Shown piece by piece: positions 14,173 through 26,664 of a DNA stretch of 64,000 nt. The notes under the pieces were generated by a model. The model saw only the letters and a program-made list of their open reading frames with translations. It was not told where the DNA came from and ran no database searches. Every line of letters starts with the position of its first letter. Position 1 is the first letter of the stretch. Both the position numbers and the translations under genes were made by a program. The stretch lies in the NCBI RefSeq assembly GCF_006345805.1, contig NC_043015.1:17546001-17610000 (forward strand), given 5' to 3'. This DNA comes from Octopus sinensis. Its lineage: Eukaryota.

Positions 14173-14272
14173 NNNNNNNNNNNNNNNNNNNNNNNNNNNN
14201 NNNNNNNNNNNNNNNNNNNNNNNNNNNNNNNNNNNNNNNNNNNNNNNNNNNNNNNNNNNNNNNNNNNNNNNN
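14173..14272. other. Assembly gap (100 N)
   Basis: Run of n. Confidence 1.
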
Positions 14273-14562
14273 TAGGTAGCAATCAGCCCCTTTCGTTATC
14301 ATCCCAGGCAACCTATGACAACAGGTATTGTTTTAGGGAAAATACAAACTCAGCACTACACAGGGCAGGATATAATGGTAAAATAAAATATATCCCCAAT
14401 AATAGCATTGACACTAAGGATAAAATAACAACAACTAATATACATTGGTTAGACAAATATAGCAATAATTAAAATAAAAAGAAAAATAAGAATAAAAATA
14501 ATAATAATAGTATAAATAGGATTAGAAATCATATATTAAATAATAATAATAATAATAAAATA

Positions 14563-14624
<62 letters not shown>

Positions 14625-15264
14625 TAATAATAATAGAATAATAAGAATAATAACAATTATAATAATAATAACTACAATGAAGTATTTAGTCTAAATTATA
14701 ATAAAAGAATGCTATTAATTATAAAAATTATAGAAGTAAGAATGAAAATAGGGAAATTATAAATAATATAGAAAAACATTATAACGAAAATAATGAAATA
14801 GTTACTTTATGGTTAATAATTCCTTATGCTATGCAAATAAAAAATAACATAGTAAAAAATATTTTCTATTTAATAAAACATTTTGAAAAAGGAAAGAACA
14901 AATATTGGGAGATAATAAAAAACAAGAATAGGATACAGTCTAACTCATAATCTGGCCACCATCATATCCTCAATTAACAATAAAAAGCTTGATAATTTCT
15001 ATCTAAATAGAAAAAATAATTTAAGTAACGCAAACATATCTAATAATAGAGCAAGATATAATAATAATAAAAATAATAATAATAATAATCGAAATGACAA
15101 TAATAATGGAAATACCACAACGAGTAATAATAACAAAGACAATAATAATAGAATTAATAATGATAACACTATAGGTAATAATAATAATAATAATAACAAT
15201 AAAAATAACAGGAAAAAGAATAACAATATCAATAATGATCTGCCGGTGGATAAGGGAATAGTAA

Positions 15265-15310
<46 letters not shown>

Positions 15311-15705
15311 TAATGCAGTAACTATGACTGCATTAGGAAGGAGGTAGTATATCAATGTATAGTAAGTACACAATATGACAGGAAAGTATATTCGGAGCAA
15401 CGAAGAATAATTTGAAACAAAGACTTAATTATCACAGATATACTTTTAAAAGTAGAAATAGGAGTAATTCCACAGGGTTAAGTACATATATATGGGAACT
15501 TAAGGATAAAAAAATAAATTATAATTTACAATGGAAGATACTTATATCTGCACCTGCATATAATAATAAAAATGGAAAATGTTCATTATGCATTAATGAA
15601 ATTTTATTTCTAATTAGGGTTAATTTACTGATCATTAACAATTTTAAGGAGTGCAATGGATCACATCTTCATAAAATTGGGTATACTTTCTCCAGATATA
15701 AATAG
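14273..15705 (+). mobile_element. Naiad-like Penelope element 3' part (RT-EN linker with (AAT)n expansions, GIY-YIG), degenerate
   Basis: WLIIPY..IKNNI..KHF..RIGYSLTHNLATIISSINNKKL; VVYQC; KQRLNYHRYTF...STGLSTYIWELK...W.I...AY...CSLCINE. Confidence 0.8.
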
Positions 15706-16264
15706 TACTTATTATAAATTACCCATTAACTAAATACAACTAGTTATAATGAGCGTTTTTACTTTAATATATATAGTAGTAGTTAAATTGTAATGGGTTG
15801 TGGATATATGGCTTTTTGTATATATAAGTATGTGTGTAATATATATACATGTCTGTGCATGTGTTTGTATATATAGGTGTATATTTATGTGTGTACATAT
15901 GTGTATATATCTATGTGTGTTTGTGTGTATATCCATATATATATATATAATATATATTATATATATATATATATATATATGTATGCTGGTATACATTTGC
16001 ATCTGTTGTTAAGTAGGAAGTTATGTAATAAGCATGTGTGCATGTACATGTTCACATAAATATACTAAATACATAAATATTTGTATATGTAGGCTCTTTG
16101 AGGATACATATATATGTATATATTTATACTAATATGTGGTAGAATATATTATAATATGTGTACGTACATGTTTATACATGTGAATGTAAGGGTATATTTA
16201 TATATGTATATGCATATATATGTATGTTTACATTTATATTATGTGTGGTTATATATGGATATAT

Positions 16265-17510
16265 TTTATTTTTATTTATTTAGTTTCAGCTCAGAAGCTG
16301 TGGCCATGCTGGGGCACCGCCATTTGGTGTTGCTACGTGATTTTCCTTCACGAATGCTTTTTAGCAATTGCCATCTGGTGCATGAGAGAGTTCGATGCAG
16401 CTGCCCTCATCTGCACCTCCTGCCGTGAAGTTGGTTCATCTGGGACACCCAACAAGAAGAGATCCAGTTTCATTTTAAAGACATCTGCATCCACCCCATG
16501 CAGGTCTCTTAGGTTCTTCGGGAAGATATTGAAGAGCTATGGGCCTCGGAAGACCAGGCTATCACAGAATCTTGTCCTACATCTTGATGGCAAATTTGGA
16601 GTCCTTGGCACTATGCAGTGGCGCCCAGTTCTGGCATTTGTGTAACTCTCGATGCCAAAGTTTGGGACAAGTCCTTCAAGGATCTTCCAGATGTATATTA
16701 TGGCATATCTTTCTCGCCTACGCTCTTAGGAATAGAGTCTCAATCTCTTGAGTCTTTCCCAATAGCTTAAATGCTGCACAGAGGCTATCTTCTTCGTGTA
16801 GCTTCGTTGGATCGCCACAAGTTCTGTGATCAACTTGACACTGGATGGTGACCATAGCTGAGAGCAATAGTCAAAGTGGCTTAGGACAAGTGTCCTCCAG
16901 AGGACCATCATGGTTTCCTGGTCTCTTGTTCTAAAGGTTCTAAGAATCCATCCCTGGTTGGTTGGAGTATTACTTGCTCCATGTACAGAGTGTTGATGAG
17001 GTTCAGGAGGGACCTCGCCTGTCCTCGTTCGCATCGTGTCATTCCTGGGAGAGAAAGGCCTTCGGGCCATCTGACATTGGGTAGATTGAAGTCTCCCATA
17101 AGAAGTACACTTATGTGTTGTTCTAATGTGACTAGAGCTTCTATTTTTATAAGGCAGTCTTCAAACTTACCTACATGGCTTGGGGCATCTGGAGGGCGAT
17201 ATGTAGCACATATAACTACACCAAGTTGCCTTATATGTACAATTAGTGTGTCACACACCGAATTTGAGTATGACAAAAGGACCTGGGGTGTGAGGTCCTC
17301 ACGGATGTACATAGCAACTCCTCCATGACTCCTTTCTTTCCTGTCGGTCCGTAGTACAACATACTGTGGTATGTGTATTTCCACATCTGCTATGTCCGGT
17401 TTCAGGTGTGTTTCCGTAAGTGCTATGCATAAGGCTTGATTGCATGCAACAAAGTCTCTCAAGAACGGGATTTTTGTCCTATTACTGAGTGTTTGCAGTC
17501 CTCTGATGTT
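16265..17510 (-). mobile_element. CR1-group LINE derivative: APE domain joined directly to the post-RT C-terminus and 3' tail (RT deleted)
   Basis: NIRGL...LTETHL...GGVAMY...YRPP...MGDFNLP...QPTR then GWILRTF...SYWERLKRLRLYS; 3' tail gcggtgccccagcatggcc plus (TAAA)n. Confidence 0.85.
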
Positions 17511-17829
17511 TATATATGTTTATCAAACAATATCGTTTGTATGGAGAATGTAGTATGTCTATACAAATATATTTATAGACATGAGTAAGTTCTCGTGTAT
17601 TTATTTGTTTAATAAAAGTGTTAGGTATATAATTATTTTACTTATAATTTGTTTATTTGTTTAATTGTAGACCTAAATGTATATAAAGATATGGATAGTT
17701 ATGCATTTGTATGTATTGATGTAAAAATGTATGTGTGTGTATATATGTGTATATATGTATATATATGTATATATATATTATATTATATATATATATATAT
17801 ATATAGTATGTATATATATATATGTATGT

Positions 17830-17894
<65 letters not shown>

Positions 17895-19140
17895 ATAGAA
17901 ATATTAAAATAACTATCTCTCTAAAAGAGAACAGCGGCAGCGTTCCCGAAAATAATAGTTATCGCCATACTAATATGGCATTCTTATAAAAATAAGAAAA
18001 AAGCTGTCCGCTTATTAGCTCCATGAGGCCATCGCCTTAAGTTAGCTATTTGATACACAAACTGTATCCATATAACCTTCGAACAAGGGAGGTCAGTCGC
18101 TCCACACTACTTGACCGGCAGCTACAGACGCGTTTCGGGGTATTGCCCCTTTTCAATGCAGCGTAGCCAGCCAGTAGGTGTCGCTTCCGACAATCTCTGT
18201 TCGATGGTTTTATTTACCTAGTTACCTGGTGGCAAAAAAATTCTACAAAATTTTTTGCCACCCTATATTGATTAATTATGAATTTTCTGGTTAATTCCGT
18301 AATGGAATCGGCGGCTTATATTTATTTGCTGCCGATAAATTTGGCGCGAGTGCGATGATTTGAAAATTTTAGGTCAGATATTGCCGAGGCAGGGACAGAA
18401 ATGCCTCGTGAAAATATCTGTTCCGATCTGGCTATTTCTTACTGACAAATCTAAGGGCCTATGGAAGATTGGCTTGATTAATTTAATCAGGTTAGTTTAC
18501 ATTAAACAGTAGATGAAACGGTGCATCGTATAAGAAATTACAGGGTAAATGTTTTTTAATTTTCTCTGGTTTACTGAATTAATGTTATTTTGCGGTTGAA
18601 GCTTTGGCTGTTATTTCTAGTGGGTGAATGGCCATTATGGCGTTCCTTGATTGTGATGTTGAACTTAAAATGGTCTATGACTATTTAATTTTTTCCCACT
18701 AGGCCGCTGGTGGCAAAAAAATTCTACAAAATTTTTTGCCACCCTATTTGATTAATTATGAATTTTCTGGTTAATTCCGTAATGGAATCGGCGGCTTATA
18801 TTTATTTGCTGCCGATAAATTTGGCGCGAGTGCGATGATTTGAAAATTTTAGGTCAGATATTGCCGAGGCAGGGACAGAAATGCCTCGTGAAAATATCTG
18901 TTCCGACCTGGCTATTTCTTACTGACGAATCTAAGGGCCTATGGAAGATTGGCTTGATTTAATTTAATCAGGTTAGTTTACCATTAAACAGTAGATGAAA
19001 CGGTGCATCGTATAAGAAATTACAGGGTAAATGTTTTTTAATTTTCTCCTGGTTTACGGAATTAATGTTATTTTGCGGTTGAAGCTTTGGCTGTTATTTC
19101 TAGTGGGTGAATGGCCTATTATGGCCGTTCCTTGATTGTG
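17895..19140 (-). mobile_element. PLE pseudo-LTR/3' region with a ~480-bp tandem duplication
   Basis: HHR at 18121-18162; 18228-18655 repeated at 18708-19140; (TA)n on both flanks. Confidence 0.65.
18121..18162 (-). ncRNA. Minimal type I hammerhead ribozyme, U3:A8 covariant
   Basis: Minus strand gctgca-TTGAAAA-gggg(caata)cccc-GAAA-cgcg-TC-tgtagc. Confidence 0.8.
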
Positions 19141-19444
19141 ATATATATATATATATATATAAAATATTAGAAAAAACCACCTTTTATCAATTCAAAATGA
19201 ATGATTAAATTACACCATCTAGAAAATTACATATCATAGAAAGGTTAAAATTAAAATAACAATTAAAAAGTAAAGATTAAGTAAATTACAAAAATAATAT
19301 AATGTATATAATAAGTAAAATATATATATATACATACATACATATACACACACACACACACATATATATACTAAATGCTCCACTATATTAAACTGTAGAT
19401 TGAAAGATTTGTCCTTCAATGTATGATGAGTAAAATTTCATAAA

Positions 19445-19710
19445 GTCCATACTTGAAAAAAATACTCTTGTGTTGAAGTTACAAATGACAGAATACAAAC
19501 TGACAACTACTGAGTCTGTTGTCTGATCTTCAATTGATTTAGTCTAATATCTCACTGATTGACAGCTAAATAAATATTAAGTTTTATCATGCAGGAGCAA
19601 CTGGTTCCACAAATTAAAGGGAAATGGTTTCATTCAAATATTTGAATATCCTTTGTTCAATGTTGTATTTTCCAAAAATCAAAACTGTATGTGTGTGTGT
19701 GTGTGTGTGT

Positions 19711-19747
<37 letters not shown>

Positions 19748-20103
19748 AATACAGTCCATACTTGAAAAAGAGACTTTCTTGTGTTGAATTTACAAATGAT
19801 AGAATGCATATTGACAACTACTGAGTCTGTTGTCTGATCTTCAATTGATTTAGTCTAATATCTCACTGATTGACAGTTAAATAAATATTAAGTTTTATCA
19901 TACAGGAGCAACTGGTTCCACTAATTAAATGTAGTGTATAGTTCATTCAAATATTAGGATAGCCTTTGTTCAATGTTGTATTTTCAAAACCAACACATGT
20001 GTAGAACTCTGTGTGTATGTGTGTGCGTGCGTGTGTGTGTGGTGTGTGTGGTGTGTGTGTGTGTATCTGTGTGTGTGTGTGTGTGTGTGTGTGTTTAATA
20101 CAG
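19445..20103. repeat. Diverged ~310-bp tandem duplication ending in (TG)n
   Basis: agtccatacttgaaaa...(tg)n at 19445 and 19753; lies downstream of the minus-strand PLE. Confidence 0.75.
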
Positions 20104-20149
20104 TTTACTTAGCAAATTTGGTCCTTCATCTGGTAAGCTTATTATAGAG

Positions 20150-21500
20150 ATATTTCAGCATTCAATTTGGGGGAGAACTTAGTTATATGAAATATTTTTC
20201 CATATTCCTCCTGAAAGAGGTGTCGTTCTTTGGACATTTGTAGAAGGGAAAGAGCTTAAATTTTCCTTCTCCACATGTAGCTAGGTGTGTAATTCAGTGG
20301 TATCTTGCGCAGTTCTTCCTGTCGAACATGTTGTCGATGAATCCTGGCTTGTTGGCACAAAGAATTTCCAGTTTCACCTATGTAATCCTCCTTGCACGTG
20401 GGGCAGGTTATGCAGTATATTACATTCTGCGTCTTGCAGTTCATATCTGCATTTACTTTAAATACGTGGCCACTTTTAAATTTCATTTCTTTGTTTCCCT
20501 CTATGTATTTGTAGGTGGGGTTGCGGCAAATCCCACATCTACCATTTCCGCACTCTTTTGCAAAGAATTCAGTTTTAGTTTCTAATGAGAATTTCGCTCA
20601 TGTTAGATGTTTCTTTGGATTTTTGTCTTGTCGTTTACTGCTTTTTATGCAATATTTGTTTAGTATGTTTTCCATTTTGGGGCTTTGTAAGGCTATTGGC
20701 AGATTTGAATGTATGATTTGGAACATGTTGGTAACTCCAGGGTTGTGCGTGTTTATGAAAGGGATAATGTTTTCTTTGTTTTTTGCTTTGGGTGTCCTGA
20801 GTTGTGCGATGTCTAGATTCATTGCTCTTGTGATTCCATTTTCTATTAGTTTTTGCTCTAGTATGAAGTTTTTAAGTTCATCTAGTCTTATTAGTCGTAT
20901 TTGTGAGTCAGTTACTATGCTACATATTCGTCTTGCCATACTATATGGGATGTTTCTTTTTGTGTGGGATGGGTGGCAGGAGTGGAAATTTAAATATTGG
21001 TGTGTGTGGTTTTTTTTGTAGTGATGATGGAGTTGTGTATTTTGATGTTGATGTCTAGGAAGGGAAGTTCGTTGTGGATGGTATCTATTGTGAAGTTGAT
21101 AGATGGGTGCAGCGTGTTGAGGATGTTGTGGAATGTTCGTAGGTCTTCTTCTGATCTGTTCCAAAAGATGAAGCCGTCATCGAGGTAGCGTTTCCACTTT
21201 TTCTTGATGCCTTCTCTGAAGTCGTGTTCGAAGACTTTCCCTATTTCATCGTATAGTTTGTTCTCCAGGAAACCCATCACCAGGTTGGCATATGAAGGTG
21301 CGAATTTTGTGCCCATAGCCATGCCCTTTATCTGTCGGTATGTCTTGTTGAATGAGAATGTATTTTCTTCGAGTATTAATTGGGTGGCTTGGGTGATAAA
21401 GTCTGTCTTGAAACGTTCGTCAATGAGTTCCCTGTATTTTTTTACCGATTGTTTTATTGCTTCCAGACCTAGGGTGTGTGGTATGTTCGTAAACACACAG
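20150..21500 (-). mobile_element. 5'-truncated Neptune-like Penelope element (RT plus GIY-YIG), frameshifted
   Basis: TNIPHTLG...GMAMGTKFAPSYANL...WKRYLDD; YLNFHSCHP; VIYCITCPTCKEDYIGET. Confidence 0.92.
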
Positions 21501-21677
21501 TTACTTGGAAATGGATGCGTGGTGTTAAACTAAATAATAAGAGGAAAATTTTATTCATTCATTCTTATTTCTTTATTTCTTTATTTATTCATATGTTTGT
21601 AATTAATAAATAGATATAATTGATGCTTGTAAGCTGATGTTTGTCAACTAATTATCTTCTCCATTTTCTTCTTTGCG

Positions 21678-21720
<43 letters not shown>

Positions 21721-21723
<3 letters not shown>

Positions 21724-22142
21724 TATATGGGTACAGGACGTCACCAACAGTAAACAACATGAAATACGAAAAAAAATGAGTTAAATACGCAAATAACGAG
21801 AGAAAAAACGGAAAATTGGACAAGTGACACAAAAAACTACCCTTTATCAGTTGTCAGCTATTCATCTACTCCTCATTACGAGCATTCAATGACAATGTGA
21901 GTCTTCGAAGACACTTGGTCCCATAACTACCAAAATAAAATTTTGGATTCATATTGTCGTTGGACTCATATTGTTGTTGAATGCTCGAAATGAGGAGTAG
22001 ATAAACAGCTGACAACCGATGAAGGGTCGATCATTGTATTACTTGTTCTGTTTTCTATTTTTCTCTCTCGTTGTTTGCATATTTAATTCATTTGTTTTCG
22101 TATTTCATATTGTTTACTGTTGGTGACATCCTGTACCATATA

Positions 22143-22147
<5 letters not shown>
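21721..22147. mobile_element. Non-autonomous fold-back element (~185-bp diverged inverted arms) in (TA)n, pLTR-like
   Basis: 21721-21903 is the imperfect reverse complement of 21963-22147; related to 23005-23260. Confidence 0.7.
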
Positions 22148-22189
<42 letters not shown>

Positions 22190-22193
22190 GATG

Positions 22194-22230
<37 letters not shown>

Positions 22231-22284
22231 GATAGATATATTATATATAACATATATATATATATATATATAATATATATTATA

Positions 22285-22325
<41 letters not shown>

Positions 22326-22337
22326 TTCGTATTTCAT

Positions 22338-22452
22338 GGAGGCGCAATGGCCCAGTGGTAGGGCAGCGGACTCGCGGTCATAGGATCGCGGTTTCGATTC
22401 CCAGACCGGGCGTTGTGAGTGTTTATTGAGCGAAAACACCTAAAGCTCCACG
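22338..22452 (+). mobile_element. tRNA(Arg)-derived SINE 5' part
   Basis: Box A tggcccagtgg and box B-like ggtttcgattcc; tRNA-Arg-like cggactcgcggtca; same head as 63388-63668. Confidence 0.8.
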
Positions 22453-22459
22453 CATATAT

Positions 22460-22757
22460 ATAAGAATACAAAAAAATGGAACAAGAACGCAACAGCGATG
22501 ATACAAAAAGGGAAAAAAAAACAAGGACGGGTCATTCGGAGATTTCTATCCTCAGTCGAGTTCCAGATCATCTTTGCAGTTTCGGCTGGTTATACGCGAG
22601 ACTGCTCCAATCTGGTCAGCCCCAAGAAAAATCGAAGCTAAGAGCACTAGATTCTTTGGAAGAAACCAGCAAATGGATACGAAAACAAGGACTGGAAAAA
22701 ATATAAATAAAAACAACAGGACATTAACAACAGGTGCCTTTCGACTAAGGACGAATT
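22460..22757 (-). mobile_element. pLTR-like repeat, same family as 26663-27157
   Basis: Reverse complement shares ggggctg...cagccgaaa.tgcaaagatgatc...gactga.ga...cgaatgacccg. Confidence 0.6.
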
Positions 22758-23004
22758 AAATTAAGTTGGTGTGTGCGGAAGTGAAGCCTTGTGGTAGGGA
22801 CATAAGAGATGACAGGCATGGGAAGGAATATACATGTTGCACGGATGGTAGTCGAACCAAGAAAGATAGGTCGGGCTTGGCAGAGTTAGAGGGACGAGAA
22901 AGAAAAAAGAAAAGGGGCGGAGTGAAGGGAGAGCGGAGGGAAGGTGATAAGGAAGGGAAGGCCAAGAAATACATATAGATATGTGTGTACATACATATAG
23001 TTGT

Positions 23005-23590
23005 ACATACATGCATATATGGACACAGGACACCACGGAACGTAAACAATATGAGATACGAAACAACATGAAATACGAAAAATGAAAATACGGAATACGA
23101 ACTTTTTTACGAAGAACGAAAGAAACAAATGGAAAACAAGACAAGTGACATGAAAAAAACGACCCTTCATCAATTGTTTGCTGTTTTACTACTTCGTATT
23201 TCGAGCAGTTCACAAGATACGTTTTCGACAAAATAGTTGCTCTCGCAAAGCAAATTAAGTAAAATTTGGGATTTTGCGGTGGGTCAAAGTTGGTGAACGC
23301 GGAGAAACAAGCTTTGAAAGGAGACAGACAAGAAAGTGTCCCATACTTGTGGCTGACAAGAGAGAAAGAAGGAAATTCCAGTTTGGAAAAGAAAGATGGC
23401 CGACGGTCACGTGCGAGCAACGAGAGAGCAAATGCGGAAAAGTGAGGGAGAGAACGGCACAGACAGAGAACGGCGAAGGATGAGAGAGAAAAACGAAAGG
23501 GAGAAAAGAGGAGATAAAAAGAACAGAAAAAAAGAGAGAGGAAAGCGAAAGAGGGGAGGGAAAGAGACAGAAAGAGATAGGAAGTGTCGC
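23005..23590 (-). mobile_element. pLTR-like repeat 3' region with CT-rich tract (family of 21721-22147)
   Basis: Shared gcatatatgg..acaggac..aacatgaaatacgaaa..gacccttcatca..ttcgagca blocks. Confidence 0.5.
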
Positions 23591-23591
23591 A

Positions 23592-24851
23592 CAGGGCGCG
23601 ACGAATAAATTGTCGTCTAAATTACGCAAAAATGAAAATAACACTGACATTTCATTTCAACAGATATATTTACCAAAATCTCATACAAATATCAGGAAAT
23701 ACTAAAGAGTAAATTTATTCAATGAAATGCCATTGGCTTCAACCACGGCCTCAAGACGACTTCGGAATCTTCTGCAATTTTTCTGGACGGACTCCTTGTT
23801 TAAGTTGGTGAATGCTGCCATAATCCTTGCCTTCAGTTCATCGTTGGTGTTACAAAGAGTTTTGATAGTCTCTCGCTCAACTGCGCCCCACACATGATAA
23901 TCAAGGAGGTTGCAGTGTGGGGAGTTAGGTGGCCAGATGTTTGGGATGATGTCTGACAGCCATGACTGGGTTCTCTTGCTTGTGTGGCATGGTGCAGAGT
24001 CCTGTTGCCAGACATAGGGTCTCCCAGCACCACCCTATTGACCCAGGGCAGCACTGCCCCATCCAGGCACTTGATGTAGGCCTCCATGTTCAGTCTGAGG
24101 TCGTTTGGTAAGATCAATGGAGGCATAACGTCGCCATCACTCCAAACACCATGATGTTGACTGGATGTTTGGTTTTTATCAAACTCGGTACATGTTTTGG
24201 GGACTCGGCAAGCCAATGGTTGTTCTGTGTGTTCACCATCAGATCCTGGCAGAAATTTCTCGTATCTGAGAAAAGCCAAAGCATGTTCAGTTGGAGGGGA
24301 TGCTTAACTTTGTGCAAAAGCTTCATAGCGCAGTCTTTCCTCTTGTCTTTGATGGCTTGGGATAAAAATTGACCCTTTCTCATCTTGTATGAGGAATACC
24401 GAATGTATTCATGTACTACCTGCCTGATAAGAAACTCAGACACTCCATGTCCCTGGCGATGAACCTGATTGATTTGGAGGAATCGTTGTCAATCGTGGCC
24501 TGGGTCTCACCCAAAAATTCAGGAGTTATTTCCTTATCACAGCGATCATAGTGAGTTTGCCCAGCTGCCGTACCTTCGTAATCGCCATTAGACTCATCCA
24601 AATCTTTCTGAATCCTCTGCACTGTCCTGAGATTGACACCCAAACATTCTGAAATGTTCATATTGGAGCTTCCATCGCGAATGTCAAGCAGAACAGCATG
24701 TTGTTTCCAAACTTATGGCAGTGTGAATTGCGTCGTGGTACTGTTTTTCTCACAGACTGAGCCCAACTGAGCCTACTATACTGTATAGTCAATAAAATCA
24801 AAAGCGCGAAATTAAAATATAAGATGGTGACAATTTGCCCAACGCACCCTG
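23592..24851 (-). mobile_element. Tc1/mariner-superfamily DNA transposon (maT/DD37D-like), degenerate transposase
   Basis: Imperfect TIRs cagggcgcgacgaataaattgtc / cagggtgcgttgggcaaattgtc; motifs FSD, WQQDSAPCH, WPPNSPHCNLLDY.VWG, CRRFRSRLEAVVEANG. Confidence 0.88.
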
Positions 24852-24861
24852 TATATATATG

Positions 24862-24897
<36 letters not shown>

Positions 24898-24930
24898 ATA
24901 TATATATAGTCTATATATATATATATATAT

Positions 24931-24931
<1 letters not shown>

Positions 24932-24996
<65 letters not shown>
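24932..24996. repeat. (GATA)n microsatellite
   Basis: Perfect tetranucleotide run. Confidence 0.95.
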
Positions 24997-24997
<1 letters not shown>

Positions 24998-25264
24998 TAT
25001 TATAGTGAAGAAAAATAGGGACTGAAGAAATCCCGGTGTATACTTCAATTAGCACTGCAGGTGATAAATCTGACTAGCAGAATGTCCATTGAAAAGTATA
25101 GTAACCCATTTAGGTTAAGTATGCATATATTTATCGTATAATGATCCTCCTTAGTTACAACGAATATATCTTCTTTTATCTTCTTTGGGCATACTTTTTT
25201 ATGCCTGGTATTTTCTATTGGTCTTTTCTTGCCAAAAAGCTAAGTTACAAGAACATGAAAAAAA

Positions 25265-25482
25265 AAACCAACATTATTTGTCAGGCAGTGGTGGGGCATA
25301 AACACAAACCTAAAGACACACACATACACGACAGACCTTTCAGTTTCCATCAACTAAATCCACTCACAAGACTGTGGCCAACCCTGGGCTAATAAAATAT
25401 ACTTACCCAAGGTGCAATCTGTGAGACTGAACTAGGAACCATGTGGTTGGGAAGCAAACTTCCTACCTTGCAGTCATGTCTG
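25265..25482 (-). mobile_element. tRNA-derived SINE (octopus-type), diverged
   Basis: Minus strand ...caaccacatggttcctagttcagtc...accttgggtaag...ttgtgagtggattt...ggaaactgaaag; same family as 61674-61832. Confidence 0.8.
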
Positions 25483-25486
25483 TGCA

Positions 25487-25519
<33 letters not shown>

Positions 25520-26303
25520 TTTGTGTGTGTGTGTGTGTGTGTGTATGTGTGTGCGCGTGTGTGTGTGAGTTTGTATACATATATTTTTTAACTTCTCCAA
25601 AAGCTTCAGCATAAAATTATATTGCTTTAAAACAGCAGCTTGTCTTGTGATGTTTTCAAATGTATTGTTTTAGAGCATGAATTTTATGTACATGTCATAT
25701 TTTATTGATTTAGTTTGGCTGACCAGTACTATGCCATAGAAGATACATTGAATATTGAAGAAATTAGTCTGTGAAAAGTTCTGCAGCTGTGGCCAGTCGT
25801 CAATAGAACAGCTGAAAACAGTCATTTTTACTTATCTAACGAAAGATCTACAAATGAAAACTATATAACGTTTTGTGTGAGTTTGTTTAACTAATAAATA
25901 AAGGAAATGATATAAGAAAAAAAGAAGCGGAAAGATTCTGAGAAGAAGAATGACAATAACCACTTCAGGTTCAACAGATAGATTTTATCATCAAGATTTA
26001 TGAAGGCTATAAAATTGTAATGACAATGATATTGTTTACCTGTTTTAGTAATCTGGCAAAAAAAAAAGAGATTGAATTCAGATACCATGTGAGTGTTTTT
26101 AACATATTATCATTCAGATCTTGTGGTATCATGGATCATGATTACCACTTAGGGAAAGGACAGCTGAGGATGATGATGAGTTTGCATGTCATTTCGTAGA
26201 TTAATTCAGATTTTTCTCAAGGGCATAAGAATTGTTGGCTGTGGGGTAAAATTAGCTTTGCAACCAAATGGTACTAAGTTGAGCCAACTGCATGGAATAT
26301 GTT

Positions 26304-26359
26304 TCTCTCTCTCTCTCTCTCTCTCTCTCGCTCCCTCTCTTCTCTCTCTCCTCTCTCTC

Positions 26360-26421
<62 letters not shown>
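26304..26421. repeat. (CT)n microsatellite
   Basis: Direct observation. Confidence 0.95.
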
Positions 26422-26426
<5 letters not shown>

Positions 26427-26521
26427 ATACATACATTTATATATACACACATACATACATGCATGCATTTATATATATATATGTATATGTATAATGTATA
26501 CATGTATATTATATATATATG

Positions 26522-26591
<70 letters not shown>

Positions 26592-26607
26592 ACTATATAT
26601 ATATATA

Positions 26608-26662
<55 letters not shown>

Positions 26663-26664
<2 letters not shown>

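Noticed and set aside
14999-15400. Leu-rich 133-aa ORF resembling a membrane protein
   Set aside because: Antisense reading of the (AAT)n tract in a PLE
15320-15705. Selenoprotein (UGA-Sec) Naiad element
   Set aside because: Cys positions in the Naiad-like endonucleases here (also ~57970-58350 and 61918-62330) read TGT/TGC, and I see no convincing SECIS
22338-22413. tRNA gene
   Set aside because: Acceptor stem and anticodon arm are imperfect and it continues into a SINE body; same for 63595-63668
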